Shown here in pieces: positions 20,762 to 31,524 of a DNA stretch of 64,000 bases. Under the pieces are notes generated by a model, which was not told the origin of the DNA, made no database searches, and saw only the letters and a list, made by a program, of their open reading frames with translations. The stretch is from Candidatus Poribacteria bacterium. Lineage in GTDB: Bacteria; Poribacteria; WGA-4E; PCPOR2b. How positions within the stretch are numbered: position 1 is the first letter of the stretch; the number at the start of each line of letters is the position of its first letter. The stretch lies in the NCBI GenBank assembly GCA_965218095.1, contig OZ244587.1:4864001-4928000 (forward strand). Direction: 5' to 3'. The translations under genes and the position numbers were made by a program.

Positions 20762-21796
20762 ATGCAACGACAGAAGTTTCATTTATGGTTGTCCATTTTC
20801 TGTGCGTTGAGCCTGACGATTTGTGGCTGCAATAATCAGAAAAGCCAGGAAGAGAGCAGTCAGGAAAGCAAACCGAAGAAAAAGCAGATCTGGCTCTCAA
20901 TTCTCGGTGGGGCTGCTGGCGGCAGTTTTTCGCCGTTTGCGAGCGGGGTTGGTAACGTGGTCTCGAAAGCAGAGCCGACGATCAAGATCTCCGTCGAAGC
21001 ATCCGCCGGCTCGATTGAAAACGTGCGCCGTGTGGACAGCGGTGAGGGCTACATGGGGGTTGCGTTTGCATCTGATGTTTATCTCGGCTATCATGGACAA
21101 GAGGTGTTTGCCAAAGAGGGAAAGAAAGAAAATATCCGAGTGGTAACGCTGCTTTATATCGCTTACAATCAGTTTTGTACGCTGGCGAATAGCGACATTC
21201 ATCAATTTGAAGATATAGTCGGAAAGAAGATTGCGATGGGCGCGGCGGGGTCAGGCTCGGCGCAAACACTGGAACGTCTTGCAATGCTTGCTGGCATTCA
21301 CGACAGATTCACGCCGATCTACAAAGGTGGCATCGCAGGTGGCAACGCCCTGCGCGATGGGCAGGTAGACGGTTTTCAGTGGCTCGTTAGCGTTCCCAAT
21401 GCTGCCCTCATTGAGGTTTCCACGATCAAATCCATCCGCTTCATTGACTTCGACGCGCCCGCTAAGAAGTACGGATTTTATGAGAAATATCCCTTCTATT
21501 TGTCCGGCACGCTGCCTGAGAAGGCGTACAAAGGAGTCCATCCGGTGAACACGCTCCTGATGCCGACCATCCTCATTGCTCACAAGGACATCAGCGAGGA
21601 AACGGTCTACACCATCCTCAAGCATGTCTACGGTCAGGCAGGGCATGAAACCATGATGAAAACCACCAAAGCTGCGAAGGATATGACGATCGAAAATGCG
21701 ACGAAAGCGTTTGTGATTCCGCTGCATCGTGGGGCGTATCGATTCTGGGGGGAACAGGGGGTTGAAATTCCGGCAGCCGCCCAACCTATGGATTAG
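20762..21796 (+). CDS. TAXI-family TRAP solute-binding lipoprotein
   Basis: Lipobox ICGC, SAGSIEN, GAAGSG, IPLHRGA. Confidence 0.88.
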   Translation: MQRQKFHLWLSIFCALSLTICGCNNQKSQEESSQESKPKKKQIWLSILGGAAGGSFSPFASGVGNVVSKAEPTIKISVEASAGSIENVRRVDSGEGYMGVAFASDVYLGYHGQEVFAKEGKKENIRVVTLLYIAYNQFCTLANSDIHQFEDIVGKKIAMGAAGSGSAQTLERLAMLAGIHDRFTPIYKGGIAGGNALRDGQVDGFQWLVSVPNAALIEVSTIKSIRFIDFDAPAKKYGFYEKYPFYLSGTLPEKAYKGVHPVNTLLMPTILIAHKDISEETVYTILKHVYGQAGHETMMKTTKAAKDMTIENATKAFVIPLHRGAYRFWGEQGVEIPAAAQPMD

Positions 21797-21886
21797 AGCG
21801 GATCGAAAGAATGTCACGTCGTCGATTCACTACAAACCATTACTTTACTTTTTGAAATTTAATAAAAACTATCGGAACAGCGAAAT

Positions 21887-21943
21887 ATATGACGATCGAG
21901 AATGCAACGAAAGCGTTTGTGATTCCACTGCATCGTGGGGCGT
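21887..21943 (+). repeat. 57-bp direct repeat of the TAXI gene 3' region (21681-21737)
   Basis: 54/57 identical; mismatches GAA/GAG, GCG/GCA, CCG/CCA. Confidence 0.9.
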
Positions 21944-22038
21944 TATTGATGACAGCCCCTTCCATTTCTGCTATGATATTCCAACTTCCTTCAGAGATTT
22001 CGTCAAACATACATTTATTCACCAACGTTAGGAGAGAA

Positions 22039-23889
22039 ATGAAAATTCGGAAGATCTTTCTAAGCGCGATTTGGCTTTTCATAAGCCTAGTCTGCACAGA
22101 TATGGGTTCTGCTCAACGAATACACACATCAGGGAATGTCGAAGTTCATGTGGAAGGTTCTGGTTGGCTGGGGGCGATTCGAGAGACAAGGCTTGTGCCG
22201 AACTTTAAGTTTCCCAAATCTGGGGATACCTATTATCTCCACGGACAGTCGGAGATTTGGATCGGCGATGCGAATGGGAATGTGGCGAGCGCATGGGATT
22301 TAGACCCCGCGGCTCCGGGACCACTCAGCCCCGGAGAGTGGGTAAGCACAGCAGCGGTTGACGAGGAAATGCAACCTGATGGACAGCAAATAATCATCGC
22401 ACAGTACGATTCATCTCGTACTGATGGTTTCCCACTCAATATTCTGGTTGATCAGCAAAGCCTGTCCTGGAGCACCAGCAACCACCCCAATGCGGACGAC
22501 TTCATTGTGATTAAACTGATTGTTACGAATAATAGCGATGAACCCATTGAAGGCATCTATGTCGCGATAATGGCAAATTGGGATGTCGATGGAACAGACC
22601 TTGCTGCGGGGCAATTAAGCCGGGATTGGGTGGATTGGGACGAAGGGCGTCAAACATTATTTACCTACGATGGGGATAATACTGATGAGATAAATCCAGT
22701 CCATACAGGCTTAACCCTGCTTGATGGGAAGTTAAGCACTCACCAGATTTTCCTATTCTTCGGTTTCAATGGACGACCGACCGGCGACCTTTTCTTGGAT
22801 GCAAGCCGATCCGTGTTCATGACGAATCCGAATGTTTTTCCTATGAATAAGCAGGATTTAGAGGCACTTGGTGCGCCGCCTTGGGACTATGCCTCCATCA
22901 TTTCCGCAGGTCCCTATGACATTGCAGCAAAGAATTCTATTATCGTGATTTTTGCTCTCGTCGCCGGCGAGGACCTGGCAGACTTACAGCAGAATATTGA
23001 TGAAGCACGACGAATCAGTTTTGCGCCGCAGAGCCTGACTATTGAAGCGGTGGGTGGCGCCGTCAGCTTAAAATGGGAGGAGGCAATCAATCCAAGTGTG
23101 GATGGCTATACCGTCTTGAGGCGTGCAAAGGGCGAAAGTGAGTTTAGGCAGATTGGGCAAATTATCAAGGGAACCACGTTTGACGATACGGAGATTGAGA
23201 CTGGCGTGGAGTACACCTACAAAATCCGCCCTGTTAATCTCAGCGAGCAGCCGCTTGCATTTGATTCTCTAGAAGTCCGTATAACCCCGGATATTATACC
23301 GGATGCGCCGATAGGCTTAAGGACAACACTCAGCGGAGACGGGATTGTCCTCAACTGGACAAAATCCACGCAACAGGTCAATGGATATGTTATTTATCGC
23401 AACCAGACGGGGCGTGAACCGTATACTCAGATTGCATCGGTTTCACCGGAAACCACTACTTTTGTTGACCTCAATGTTTATGCGGGGTTGCATTACTTCT
23501 ACACAATCACTGCGACGAATCGAGCTAGCACTCAGAGCGAATTCTCTAAAGCGGCGGATGCCCTCATTCCTGAAGAAACTGTAGCAACGCCCGAATCAGA
23601 CCTTGATAACGTAATCGTCGTACCGAATCCTTACCGCCTGAGCGAAAACGCGAATCCAATTGAATTCCGCAATGTGACCCGCCGTGCAACCATTCGCATC
23701 TACAGCAGCGCAGGAGATCTCATCAAGACAATCGATCACCGCAACGAAACCTCGATTGAACGTTGGAATGGACAGAATGAGGGCGGTGAACGAATCGCCG
23801 CTGGTATTTACGTTTATCACATTGAATCGCTGAGAAAGGGCGCAAAGGGAAGAATCTCGGTGAGCGGAAAGTTTGCGGTGATTCGTTGA
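22039..23889 (+). CDS. Secreted fibronectin type III domain protein with C-terminal sorting-like domain
   Basis: SD AGGAGA + MKIRKIF signal peptide; two FN3-like units (VSLKW..GY.V.R..YTYKI; IVLNW..GYVIYR..YFYTITA); VVPNPY..IRIYS..G..WNG.N..G..IAAGIYVY tail. Confidence 0.8.
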   Translation: MKIRKIFLSAIWLFISLVCTDMGSAQRIHTSGNVEVHVEGSGWLGAIRETRLVPNFKFPKSGDTYYLHGQSEIWIGDANGNVASAWDLDPAAPGPLSPGEWVSTAAVDEEMQPDGQQIIIAQYDSSRTDGFPLNILVDQQSLSWSTSNHPNADDFIVIKLIVTNNSDEPIEGIYVAIMANWDVDGTDLAAGQLSRDWVDWDEGRQTLFTYDGDNTDEINPVHTGLTLLDGKLSTHQIFLFFGFNGRPTGDLFLDASRSVFMTNPNVFPMNKQDLEALGAPPWDYASIISAGPYDIAAKNSIIVIFALVAGEDLADLQQNIDEARRISFAPQSLTIEAVGGAVSLKWEEAINPSVDGYTVLRRAKGESEFRQIGQIIKGTTFDDTEIETGVEYTYKIRPVNLSEQPLAFDSLEVRITPDIIPDAPIGLRTTLSGDGIVLNWTKSTQQVNGYVIYRNQTGREPYTQIASVSPETTTFVDLNVYAGLHYFYTITATNRASTQSEFSKAADALIPEETVATPESDLDNVIVVPNPYRLSENANPIEFRNVTRRATIRIYSSAGDLIKTIDHRNETSIERWNGQNEGGERIAAGIYVYHIESLRKGAKGRISVSGKFAVIR

Positions 23890-23920
23890 ACCCCTTCGCC
23901 AATTGAATCCTGTTTATTGT

Positions 23921-24487
23921 TCAAAAAGGTCTGCCCATGCGATTGAGCGCCGGTGGCACTTCGTTCTTGACCGGCTTAATCGTTTTCAAGTAAGCCCATA
24001 TCGCCTTAAGGTCCTCGTCGCTCATGTTTGCATAGGCGTTCTTGATCGGCATGGGTGGGAGGATCTTTCGATTGTTCTTATCGCCTTGATGATGCCCGGT
24101 TCGCATGGCGCCGATGAACATTTTTTCCGTCCATTCACCGAGCCCCGTTTCTTTATCGGGCGTCAGGTTCGCGGCAAAGGTTGTTCCAAAAGGGAAAGAA
24201 AACGCCGCGAGGGACGGGGCGCCTAACATGAAAATCCCCTGCTGCATCATGCTAAAATCGTATTTGGGGTAAGGTGCTTTTTCAGGGTGTCCGGCGAGGT
24301 ACATGCCCATATCCATCTCGGCGCCTTTGCGCGGTGTATGGCACTGACCGCACGCGCCAACCGAATCAACGAGATATTTCCCGCGCTTGACCGGATCGCT
24401 CTGGCTCTGTGCGAGATTCAAACTGAATAAGATGAGTATGGCTGTCGAAAGGATTGCCATTCCAAAAATCCAGTGTTTTTTTCTCAT
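23921..24487 (-). CDS. Exported c-type cytochrome
   Basis: Signal peptide, RGKYLV..CGQCH, NLTPDKETGLG, PPMP. Confidence 0.88.
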   Translation of the reverse strand: MRKKHWIFGMAILSTAILILFSLNLAQSQSDPVKRGKYLVDSVGACGQCHTPRKGAEMDMGMYLAGHPEKAPYPKYDFSMMQQGIFMLGAPSLAAFSFPFGTTFAANLTPDKETGLGEWTEKMFIGAMRTGHHQGDKNNRKILPPMPIKNAYANMSDEDLKAIWAYLKTIKPVKNEVPPALNRMGRPF

Positions 24488-24626
24488 TGTACCAATTCTC
24501 CTTCCGATTTTGATGGGTTGAAATTGTGTGTGTTATACCACTGCGCATCCGCATTTGCAACTTGAAGAACCTTAGCGTGATGCGTAAAACGTGAAACGTC
24601 AATCTGCTCCCCGCTCACTTTCTCTG

Positions 24627-25790
<1,164 letters not shown>

Positions 25791-25884
25791 TTACAGGTTG
25801 AGATTTTACTTTTGGGAAGAATTAGCCATGTTGAAAAGCGCATAATGTTATCATAACGCATTGCTCAATTGCAACGAATTCTGA

Positions 25885-25913
25885 TTGACGGCGTTATGTG
25901 AATTCGCTATAAT
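25885..25913 (+). promoter_or_regulatory. sigma70-type promoter with no downstream CDS
   Basis: TTGACG-17 bp-TATAAT. Confidence 0.55.
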
Positions 25914-25914
25914 A

Positions 25915-26050
25915 ACCCAGAACCTTTGAACTGGTTGAGAATCGCAGGGGATTTGGGCAGACGACAGGAGGGATTTGGGGGCGGCTTCATTGCGATTCAG
26001 TGAGCGCACATCAATAACATACTCTCACTGAACCGCATTTGGATTCGGGT
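25915..26050. other. Structured intergenic element (candidate sRNA or IS982-like MITE)
   Basis: Ends pair (ACCCAGAACC/GGATTCGGGT); inner stems GAATCGCAG/TTGCGATTC and CAGTGAG/CTCACTG. Confidence 0.4.
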
Positions 26051-26102
26051 AGAATTTTGGTGAGATCATGCGTTTCAAAAATTACGCTGCTTCCTCATCA
26101 AG

Positions 26103-27152
26103 CTACTCCTCACTGGAACCAGTTTCTTCTTCCGGGAGCGAGGCAGTAGCAGATGCACGATCAATTTCGAGATTGGCGCGAATCTTGGCTTCAATCTCAG
26201 CAGCAATTTCGGCGTGTTGAGTCAGGTAGTCTTTGGCGTTATTTCTACCCTGCCCAAGTCGTTCATCGTTATAAGAAAACCATGCGCCGCTTTTTTGAAC
26301 AATTCCTTCCTCCGCAGCCACATCCAGGAGCTCCCCGACTTTGGAGATCCCTTCACCGAAGATGACATCGAATTCAGCTTGACGAAATGGAGGGGCGACC
26401 TTGTTTTTGGCGACCTTCACCCGGACGCGACTCCCGATCATTTCATCGCCATCTTTTAGAGTCTCGCCTCGACGGATTTCCAGCCGGACAGAGGCGTGAA
26501 ACTTGAGTGCAAGCCCACCGGGCGTTGTTTCTGGATTCCCAAACATGACACCGATCTTCTGGCGAATCTGGTTGGTGAAAATCACACAGGTTTTCGACTT
26601 GTTGGTGACCCCAGAGAGCTTGCGCAACGCTTTAGACATTAAACGCGGTAACAGTCCAACATGGGCGTCTTCCATACTTCCCTCAATCTCAGCCTGGGGT
26701 GTCAGCGCCGCGACGGAATCAACCACAACAACATCGATTGCCCCGCTACGAACTAAAGTCTCAACAATGTCTAGTGCCTGTTCACCGGTATCGGGTTGGG
26801 AGATGAGCAGACTCTCCATGTTGACGCCAATGCGTTTGGCATACATTGGATCCAGCGCATGCTCAACATCAACAAACGTAGCGACCCCGCCCTGTTTCTG
26901 CGCTTCCGCAATGACATGAAGGGCAAGCGAGGTTTTGCCACTGGCTTCATGACCATAGATCTCCATGATACGTCCGCGGGGGACTCCGCCAACACCGAGC
27001 GCGATGTCGAGTGTTAGAGAGCCCGTTGGAATGACTGCCACGGGAACAACATCATTGCTATCCAGACGCATTATTGCGCCTTTCCCGTGTTGTCGTTCAA
27101 TTTGGGAGATTGCGAGATCTATCGCTTTCTGCTTGTCCGTATTCAGTTCCAT
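26103..27152 (-). CDS. recA: Recombinase A
   Basis: [43 protein letters not shown]. Confidence 0.98.
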   Translation of the reverse strand: MELNTDKQKAIDLAISQIERQHGKGAIMRLDSNDVVPVAVIPTGSLTLDIALGVGGVPRGRIMEIYGHEASGKTSLALHVIAEAQKQGGVATFVDVEHALDPMYAKRIGVNMESLLISQPDTGEQALDIVETLVRSGAIDVVVVDSVAALTPQAEIEGSMEDAHVGLLPRLMSKALRKLSGVTNKSKTCVIFTNQIRQKIGVMFGNPETTPGGLALKFHASVRLEIRRGETLKDGDEMIGSRVRVKVAKNKVAPPFRQAEFDVIFGEGISKVGELLDVAAEEGIVQKSGAWFSYNDERLGQGRNNAKDYLTQHAEIAAEIEAKIRANLEIDRASATASLPEEETGSSEE

Positions 27153-27212
27153 TATTTCAGTACTCCTTATTTCTATGGTTTCTCAGAGTTCTTTCTTAGA
27201 AGCATTAAGTTA

Positions 27213-27241
27213 ATTATATCATAACAAATGTTAGAAATCAA
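27213..27241 (-). promoter_or_regulatory. recA promoter with a palindromic site in the spacer
   Basis: Minus strand TTGATT-17 bp-TATAAT; TAAC-N4-GTTA at 27222-27233. Confidence 0.6.
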
Positions 27242-27267
27242 CAAAAACCTGTCAAAGGAGGTTGATC

Positions 27268-28317
27268 ATGCCAGTTTTCACAGCGGAGGAGTTGACGCAA
27301 ACGTGTCTAAAGGTTTTTCATGCCATGGGCGTATCAGATGCAGAGGCTGAGGTGGTGACGAGCACGATAGTTGATGCCAATCTGGTGGGACACGATTCGC
27401 ATGGCATCATTCGTCTGCCGCAATATGTTCAAGAAATCGAGGAATCCCTGATCCAGCCGGGAGCGGCAATTGAGGTCAGACGAGAGTCCCCTTCGATGGC
27501 GGCGCTGGATGGAAACTGGGGATTCGGGCCCGTTATCGGGACACACGCGGTGAAATTAGCCATTGAGAAGGCGAGGCAGACCGATATCAGTTCAGTCACC
27601 GTCTTTCGGTCCAATGAACTGGGCAGATTGGGGGGATATGCGCGAATCGCGGCGGAACAGAACATGATCGGTATCTTGACGGTCAATGACCACGGCAGCG
27701 GTCAATATGTCGCGCCATTCGGGGGAATCGAGGGGCGGCTCTCGACCAATCCAATTGCCTGTGCGATTCCGGTGGAAGGTGGTGAGCCGATCGTCCTGGA
27801 TATGTCCACCAGCGTTGTCGCGGCGGGAAAAATCCGGGTCAAAAGGAGTCGGAAGGAGGCAGCCCCAGAAGGCTGGATTATCGATGCAGAGGGGAACCCA
27901 ACGACAAACGTTGATGGTTTTTATGGGCCTCCCGCCGGCGCGCTGCTTCCTTTCGGGGGAATCGCCGCTCAGAAGGGGTTCGGACTCAGCCTCGTCGTCG
28001 ATATTCTCTCAGGGGCGTTGAGCGGGGCGGGTTGCACTCGTCAAGGCGAATCGAGGGTGGGTAACGGTTTGTTCATCACGGCGATCAACATCGCTAGCTT
28101 TGTGGATTTACCGGATTTCAACGCGGAGGTTAACCGCTTCATCGGGTACATCAAGTCTGCAAAGAAGTCACCCGGCGTCGAGGCGATTCTCATGCCAGGT
28201 GAGCGGGGTTTCCGGGAACAAGACAGACGGCGGAAGGAAGGCATTTTTGTCGAAGATAGCACATGGGAGCAAATTCAAGTGATTGCGGGGAAATATGGGG
28301 TGATTGTACCATCTTAG
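27268..28317 (+). CDS. Ldh_2-family oxidoreductase (malate/lactate/ureidoglycolate dehydrogenase-like)
   Basis: GHDSHG, DGNWGFG, STNPI, DMSTS, PGE. Confidence 0.9.
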   Translation: MPVFTAEELTQTCLKVFHAMGVSDAEAEVVTSTIVDANLVGHDSHGIIRLPQYVQEIEESLIQPGAAIEVRRESPSMAALDGNWGFGPVIGTHAVKLAIEKARQTDISSVTVFRSNELGRLGGYARIAAEQNMIGILTVNDHGSGQYVAPFGGIEGRLSTNPIACAIPVEGGEPIVLDMSTSVVAAGKIRVKRSRKEAAPEGWIIDAEGNPTTNVDGFYGPPAGALLPFGGIAAQKGFGLSLVVDILSGALSGAGCTRQGESRVGNGLFITAINIASFVDLPDFNAEVNRFIGYIKSAKKSPGVEAILMPGERGFREQDRRRKEGIFVEDSTWEQIQVIAGKYGVIVPS

Positions 28318-28429
28318 CCCGACAAAATAGTTTAGAACCGCGGATTTCATAGGATTACGCGGATTAGGTTTCTGGTTAATCCGTGCTTGCGTAATGCGTA
28401 ATAAGAGAGTTATTCTTACGTTTGACGTT

Positions 28430-29617
28430 TTACACAACCCCCTCCTGCTTCAGTCGATCAACCTCATCAGTACGCATCCCCAACAAGCCGGTCAAAACCT
28501 CCACCGTATGCTCGCCGAGGTTTGGCGCAGGAACATCAACCTGACCGGGCGTCTCTGACAGCTTGATCGGCATCCCCGGAATCTCCACGCACCCTGTCGT
28601 GTCATGTTCGACCTCCACAATCATCTCTCGGGCCAGAACCTGGGGGTCACTTGCCACTTTATCGACGGTGTTGACGGGGCCACAGGGCACCCCGATTGCC
28701 TCCAATTCCTCAATCCACCCTTCGGTTGTGCGTCGGTGCATGATCTCCGCAAGGATCAGGAAAAGTTCATCGTGATTGTCAGTACGCAAAGCGTTCGTGC
28801 GAAACCTGTCATCGTCAATCAACTCAGGACGGTTGATGTGTTCGCAGAACTTCCGCCACAGTTCATTGTTCCCGATCGCGATGACCACATAGCCATCTGC
28901 GGACTCGAAGACCTCAAACGGCGTTATCGCCGGGTGACGCCTGCCCAACGGTCGGGGAATTTCGCCGGTGGAGAAGTATCGAACCATTGCATTTTCCAAA
29001 ATCGCCACCTGACAATCCAGCATCCCAACGTCAATAAGCTGCCCCTCGCCCGTCCGATCGCGGTGCCGAAGCGCCGAGAGAACCCCGATTGCTGTAAACA
29101 ACGCAGCGGTTATATCGCCGATCGACGTCCCCACGCGCACGGGCGGGCGGTCCGGTTCACCGGTGATGCTGAGGATGCCCCCCATCCCCTGGATGATCAT
29201 GTCATACGCTCCCCGCGTTGCATAGGGCCCCGTCTGACCGAATCCTGAGCAGGCAGCATAGAGAAGTGATGGGTGATGTGCCTTGAGCGACTCGTAATCC
29301 AGGCCGAGTTTCTTCATCGCGCCCGGTCGAAAGTTCTCGACGACAACATCCGATCGCTTGACCAATTCCATAAAGATCTCTTTGCCCTGTGGCTCTTTTA
29401 GATTCAAGGTGAGGCTCTTTTTGCCCCGATTGATACTCATAAAGTAGAGGCTGAAGTCGTTCTTGAAGGGGCCAAAGCCTCTCGCCTCATCTCCGACGCC
29501 CGGCTGCTCAATCTTGATGACCTCTGCACCGAGATCGCCCAAAATCATTGTTGCGTAGGGTCCTGCCAAAATGCGGGTGAGATCTAAAACGCGTATACCT
29601 TTTAATGCACCTGCCAT
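28430..29617 (-). CDS. CoA-transferase family III (CaiB/BaiF)
   Basis: LKGIRVLDLTRILAGP, NRGKKS, VENFRPG, GFGQTGP. Confidence 0.92.
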   Translation of the reverse strand: MAGALKGIRVLDLTRILAGPYATMILGDLGAEVIKIEQPGVGDEARGFGPFKNDFSLYFMSINRGKKSLTLNLKEPQGKEIFMELVKRSDVVVENFRPGAMKKLGLDYESLKAHHPSLLYAACSGFGQTGPYATRGAYDMIIQGMGGILSITGEPDRPPVRVGTSIGDITAALFTAIGVLSALRHRDRTGEGQLIDVGMLDCQVAILENAMVRYFSTGEIPRPLGRRHPAITPFEVFESADGYVVIAIGNNELWRKFCEHINRPELIDDDRFRTNALRTDNHDELFLILAEIMHRRTTEGWIEELEAIGVPCGPVNTVDKVASDPQVLAREMIVEVEHDTTGCVEIPGMPIKLSETPGQVDVPAPNLGEHTVEVLTGLLGMRTDEVDRLKQEGVV

Positions 29618-29919
29618 CTGTTTTCCTTTCTCTAAGCCTGAGCAATTGATAAGTTTCGTCAGCATCCCACCGACCAATCATGGTTCATTCCCGTCAAATT
29701 ATCCGAACCAAGGGGATGCAAAATGCGGGAAAACCTCGCCGTTTATCATAAAATACTTCGTCAATTTTGTCAATAGCTTCCAAACCAACGTAGAAATTTC
29801 AAGTCTGCCATCATTGATTGCAAATTTCTCTCACCAACATAAAGATATTGACGGATGCGCTCTGATTTGCTACAATTTGCGGTAAAGGGCCTCAATCATC
29901 GATCAGAAGGGGGGAACCA

Positions 29920-30120
29920 ATGGAAGCAGTCAGAATCGGTTTTATCGGCTGTGGAGGCAATGCCAATGGACACATGCGTCAGTTGTCCAATCTGGAAGAC
30001 GTCTGCATCGCCGCAACATGCGATGTTCAGGAGGCCCCCGCTCAGAACACTGCCAAGCGTTACAACGCCCAACTTTACATCAATCACAAGGTCATGCTCG
30101 AACGCGATGGCCTTGATTAG
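29920..30120 (+). pseudogene. Gfo/Idh/MocA N-terminal fragment
   Basis: MEAVRIGFIGCGG...MLERDGLD*; 66 aa. Confidence 0.7.
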
Positions 30121-30199
30121 GGATCCCTTGGGCTTCAATCTTCATGGGGCGTTTGTTCAACGCGATGCACGCAGACATACAGTGTTTAAGGAGTTGACC

Positions 30200-31198
30200 A
30201 TGAGCCAAAGATACAAAGTTGCCATCGTCGGCTGCGGTGGAATTGCCAAAGCGCACGGAAACGCATGGAAAGACCTCCCGGAGATTGACTTCGTTGGCGC
30301 ATGCGATGTTAAATTCGAGGCGCTCAAAAGTTTCGCAGAACAGTTCGACGTCAAAAACAGATACAACGATTTGAGACGGATGCTCGAACGGCAGGAGCCG
30401 GACATATTGGTGGTCGCAACATGGCCCACGCTCCACCTGAAGCACCTCCTAGAAGGTGTGCGCGGTGGGGTTAAGGCGATTCTTTGCGAAAAGCCGATTG
30501 CAGTCAACGCCACCCAAGTTGAACAGATGATCCAAGTGACCTCGTCAGCCAACGTCCTCTTAATGGAAGGGTTCATGTATCGCCATCACCCTCTGACGCT
30601 TTGCGTCAAGCGGCATATCCTCGACGGCGCAATTGGCGAGGTCCGTTTTGTCGGCTCCACGTTCTCGACTGGGCTGACGGATCGAACGAATTGGCGTCTG
30701 CGCGGTGATCAGGGAGGCGGGGCGATAATGGATCTCGGCTGTTACTGCATCAACGTCATCCGTTATATGATTGGGGCGGAACCACAATCCGTCTGGGCGA
30801 CAGGAAAGTTTGAACCAATCAGCGATGTGTGGGACACGCTGATTGGGACGCTGGATTTCGGCGATGGCGTTACCGGACAATTTGATTGCAGCTTCGGTTG
30901 GACATGGCGTGAATCGTACGAAGTGGCTGGAACAAAAGGGACGATTGTCGTGCCACGCGCATGGGGAAACAGCGAAGGAGCGTGTAGTTTCACGCTGATA
31001 CGAGACGGTCAGGCGGAGACGGTGAAGGTTGAAGGGGCGAATCCGTATGCGGCTGAGCTCTTGAGCCTGTGCAAAGCCTTATCCACCGGGAAGCCACCCC
31101 GCCTGACTACGGATGATGCGCTCTGGAACATGCGTGTGATCGATAGGCTGCACGAATCGGCGCACACGGGGCAGCGTATCAATATACGTGATGCGTAA
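30200..31198 (+). CDS. Gfo/Idh/MocA oxidoreductase
   Basis: SD AAGGAG + MSQRYKVAIVGCGG; CEKP, MEGFMYRHHP, GGGAIMDLGCY. Confidence 0.9.
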   Translation: MSQRYKVAIVGCGGIAKAHGNAWKDLPEIDFVGACDVKFEALKSFAEQFDVKNRYNDLRRMLERQEPDILVVATWPTLHLKHLLEGVRGGVKAILCEKPIAVNATQVEQMIQVTSSANVLLMEGFMYRHHPLTLCVKRHILDGAIGEVRFVGSTFSTGLTDRTNWRLRGDQGGGAIMDLGCYCINVIRYMIGAEPQSVWATGKFEPISDVWDTLIGTLDFGDGVTGQFDCSFGWTWRESYEVAGTKGTIVVPRAWGNSEGACSFTLIRDGQAETVKVEGANPYAAELLSLCKALSTGKPPRLTTDDALWNMRVIDRLHESAHTGQRINIRDA

Positions 31199-31225
31199 TG
31201 CGTAATGCGTAAAACGTAATGCGAT
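31184..31225. repeat. Heptamer tandem repeat (ATGCGTA-type)
   Basis: Six imperfect units; shorter relatives near 20530, 20670, 24576, 28388 and 62150. Confidence 0.75.
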
Positions 31226-31239
31226 AATTCTTGGTGGGA

Positions 31240-31462
31240 GGGTGAACCGCTTGAATTGTTAGGAATTAAACATTTCGATGCTTTACACCTTGCTTGTGCC
31301 GATCGCCCCATTGCCTGGACTCTTCGACGCGAATAGCTCCGGCAAAACCAGTATCTTGCAGGTACTGCTCATGCTCAAGCAGACCGTGGAGCGTCCATTG
31401 AATTGGAATGAAGCACTTTACTTCGGTGATGAGAAGTCGCGGGTCAATTTAGGCAACTTCGA
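31240..31462 (+). pseudogene. Mosaic remnant: PIN-toxin fragment joined to a partial copy of the 34193 ATPase 5' end
   Basis: GIKHFDALHLACA, then IAPLPGLFDANSSGKTSILQVLLMLKQTVERP matching 34254-34410. Confidence 0.7.
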
Positions 31463-31524
31463 TGACAGATCGTCGAATTTATCTGTGAAACTGACATTCA
31501 ACAATTACACAAGGATTCAATCTA

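Noticed and set aside
21681-21943. Diversity-generating retroelement TR/VR pair
   Set aside because: No reverse transcriptase in the window; differences are synonymous and run in both A/G directions.
29855-30199. N-terminal extensions in the ORF track (29855, also 21889, 20651, 7518, 61256)
   Set aside because: Downstream starts with SD sequences match the family N-termini; the extensions cross promoters, repeats or remnants.
31184-31225. CRISPR array
   Set aside because: Only heptamer tandems and scattered palindromes; no repeat-spacer periodicity and no cas genes anywhere in the window.
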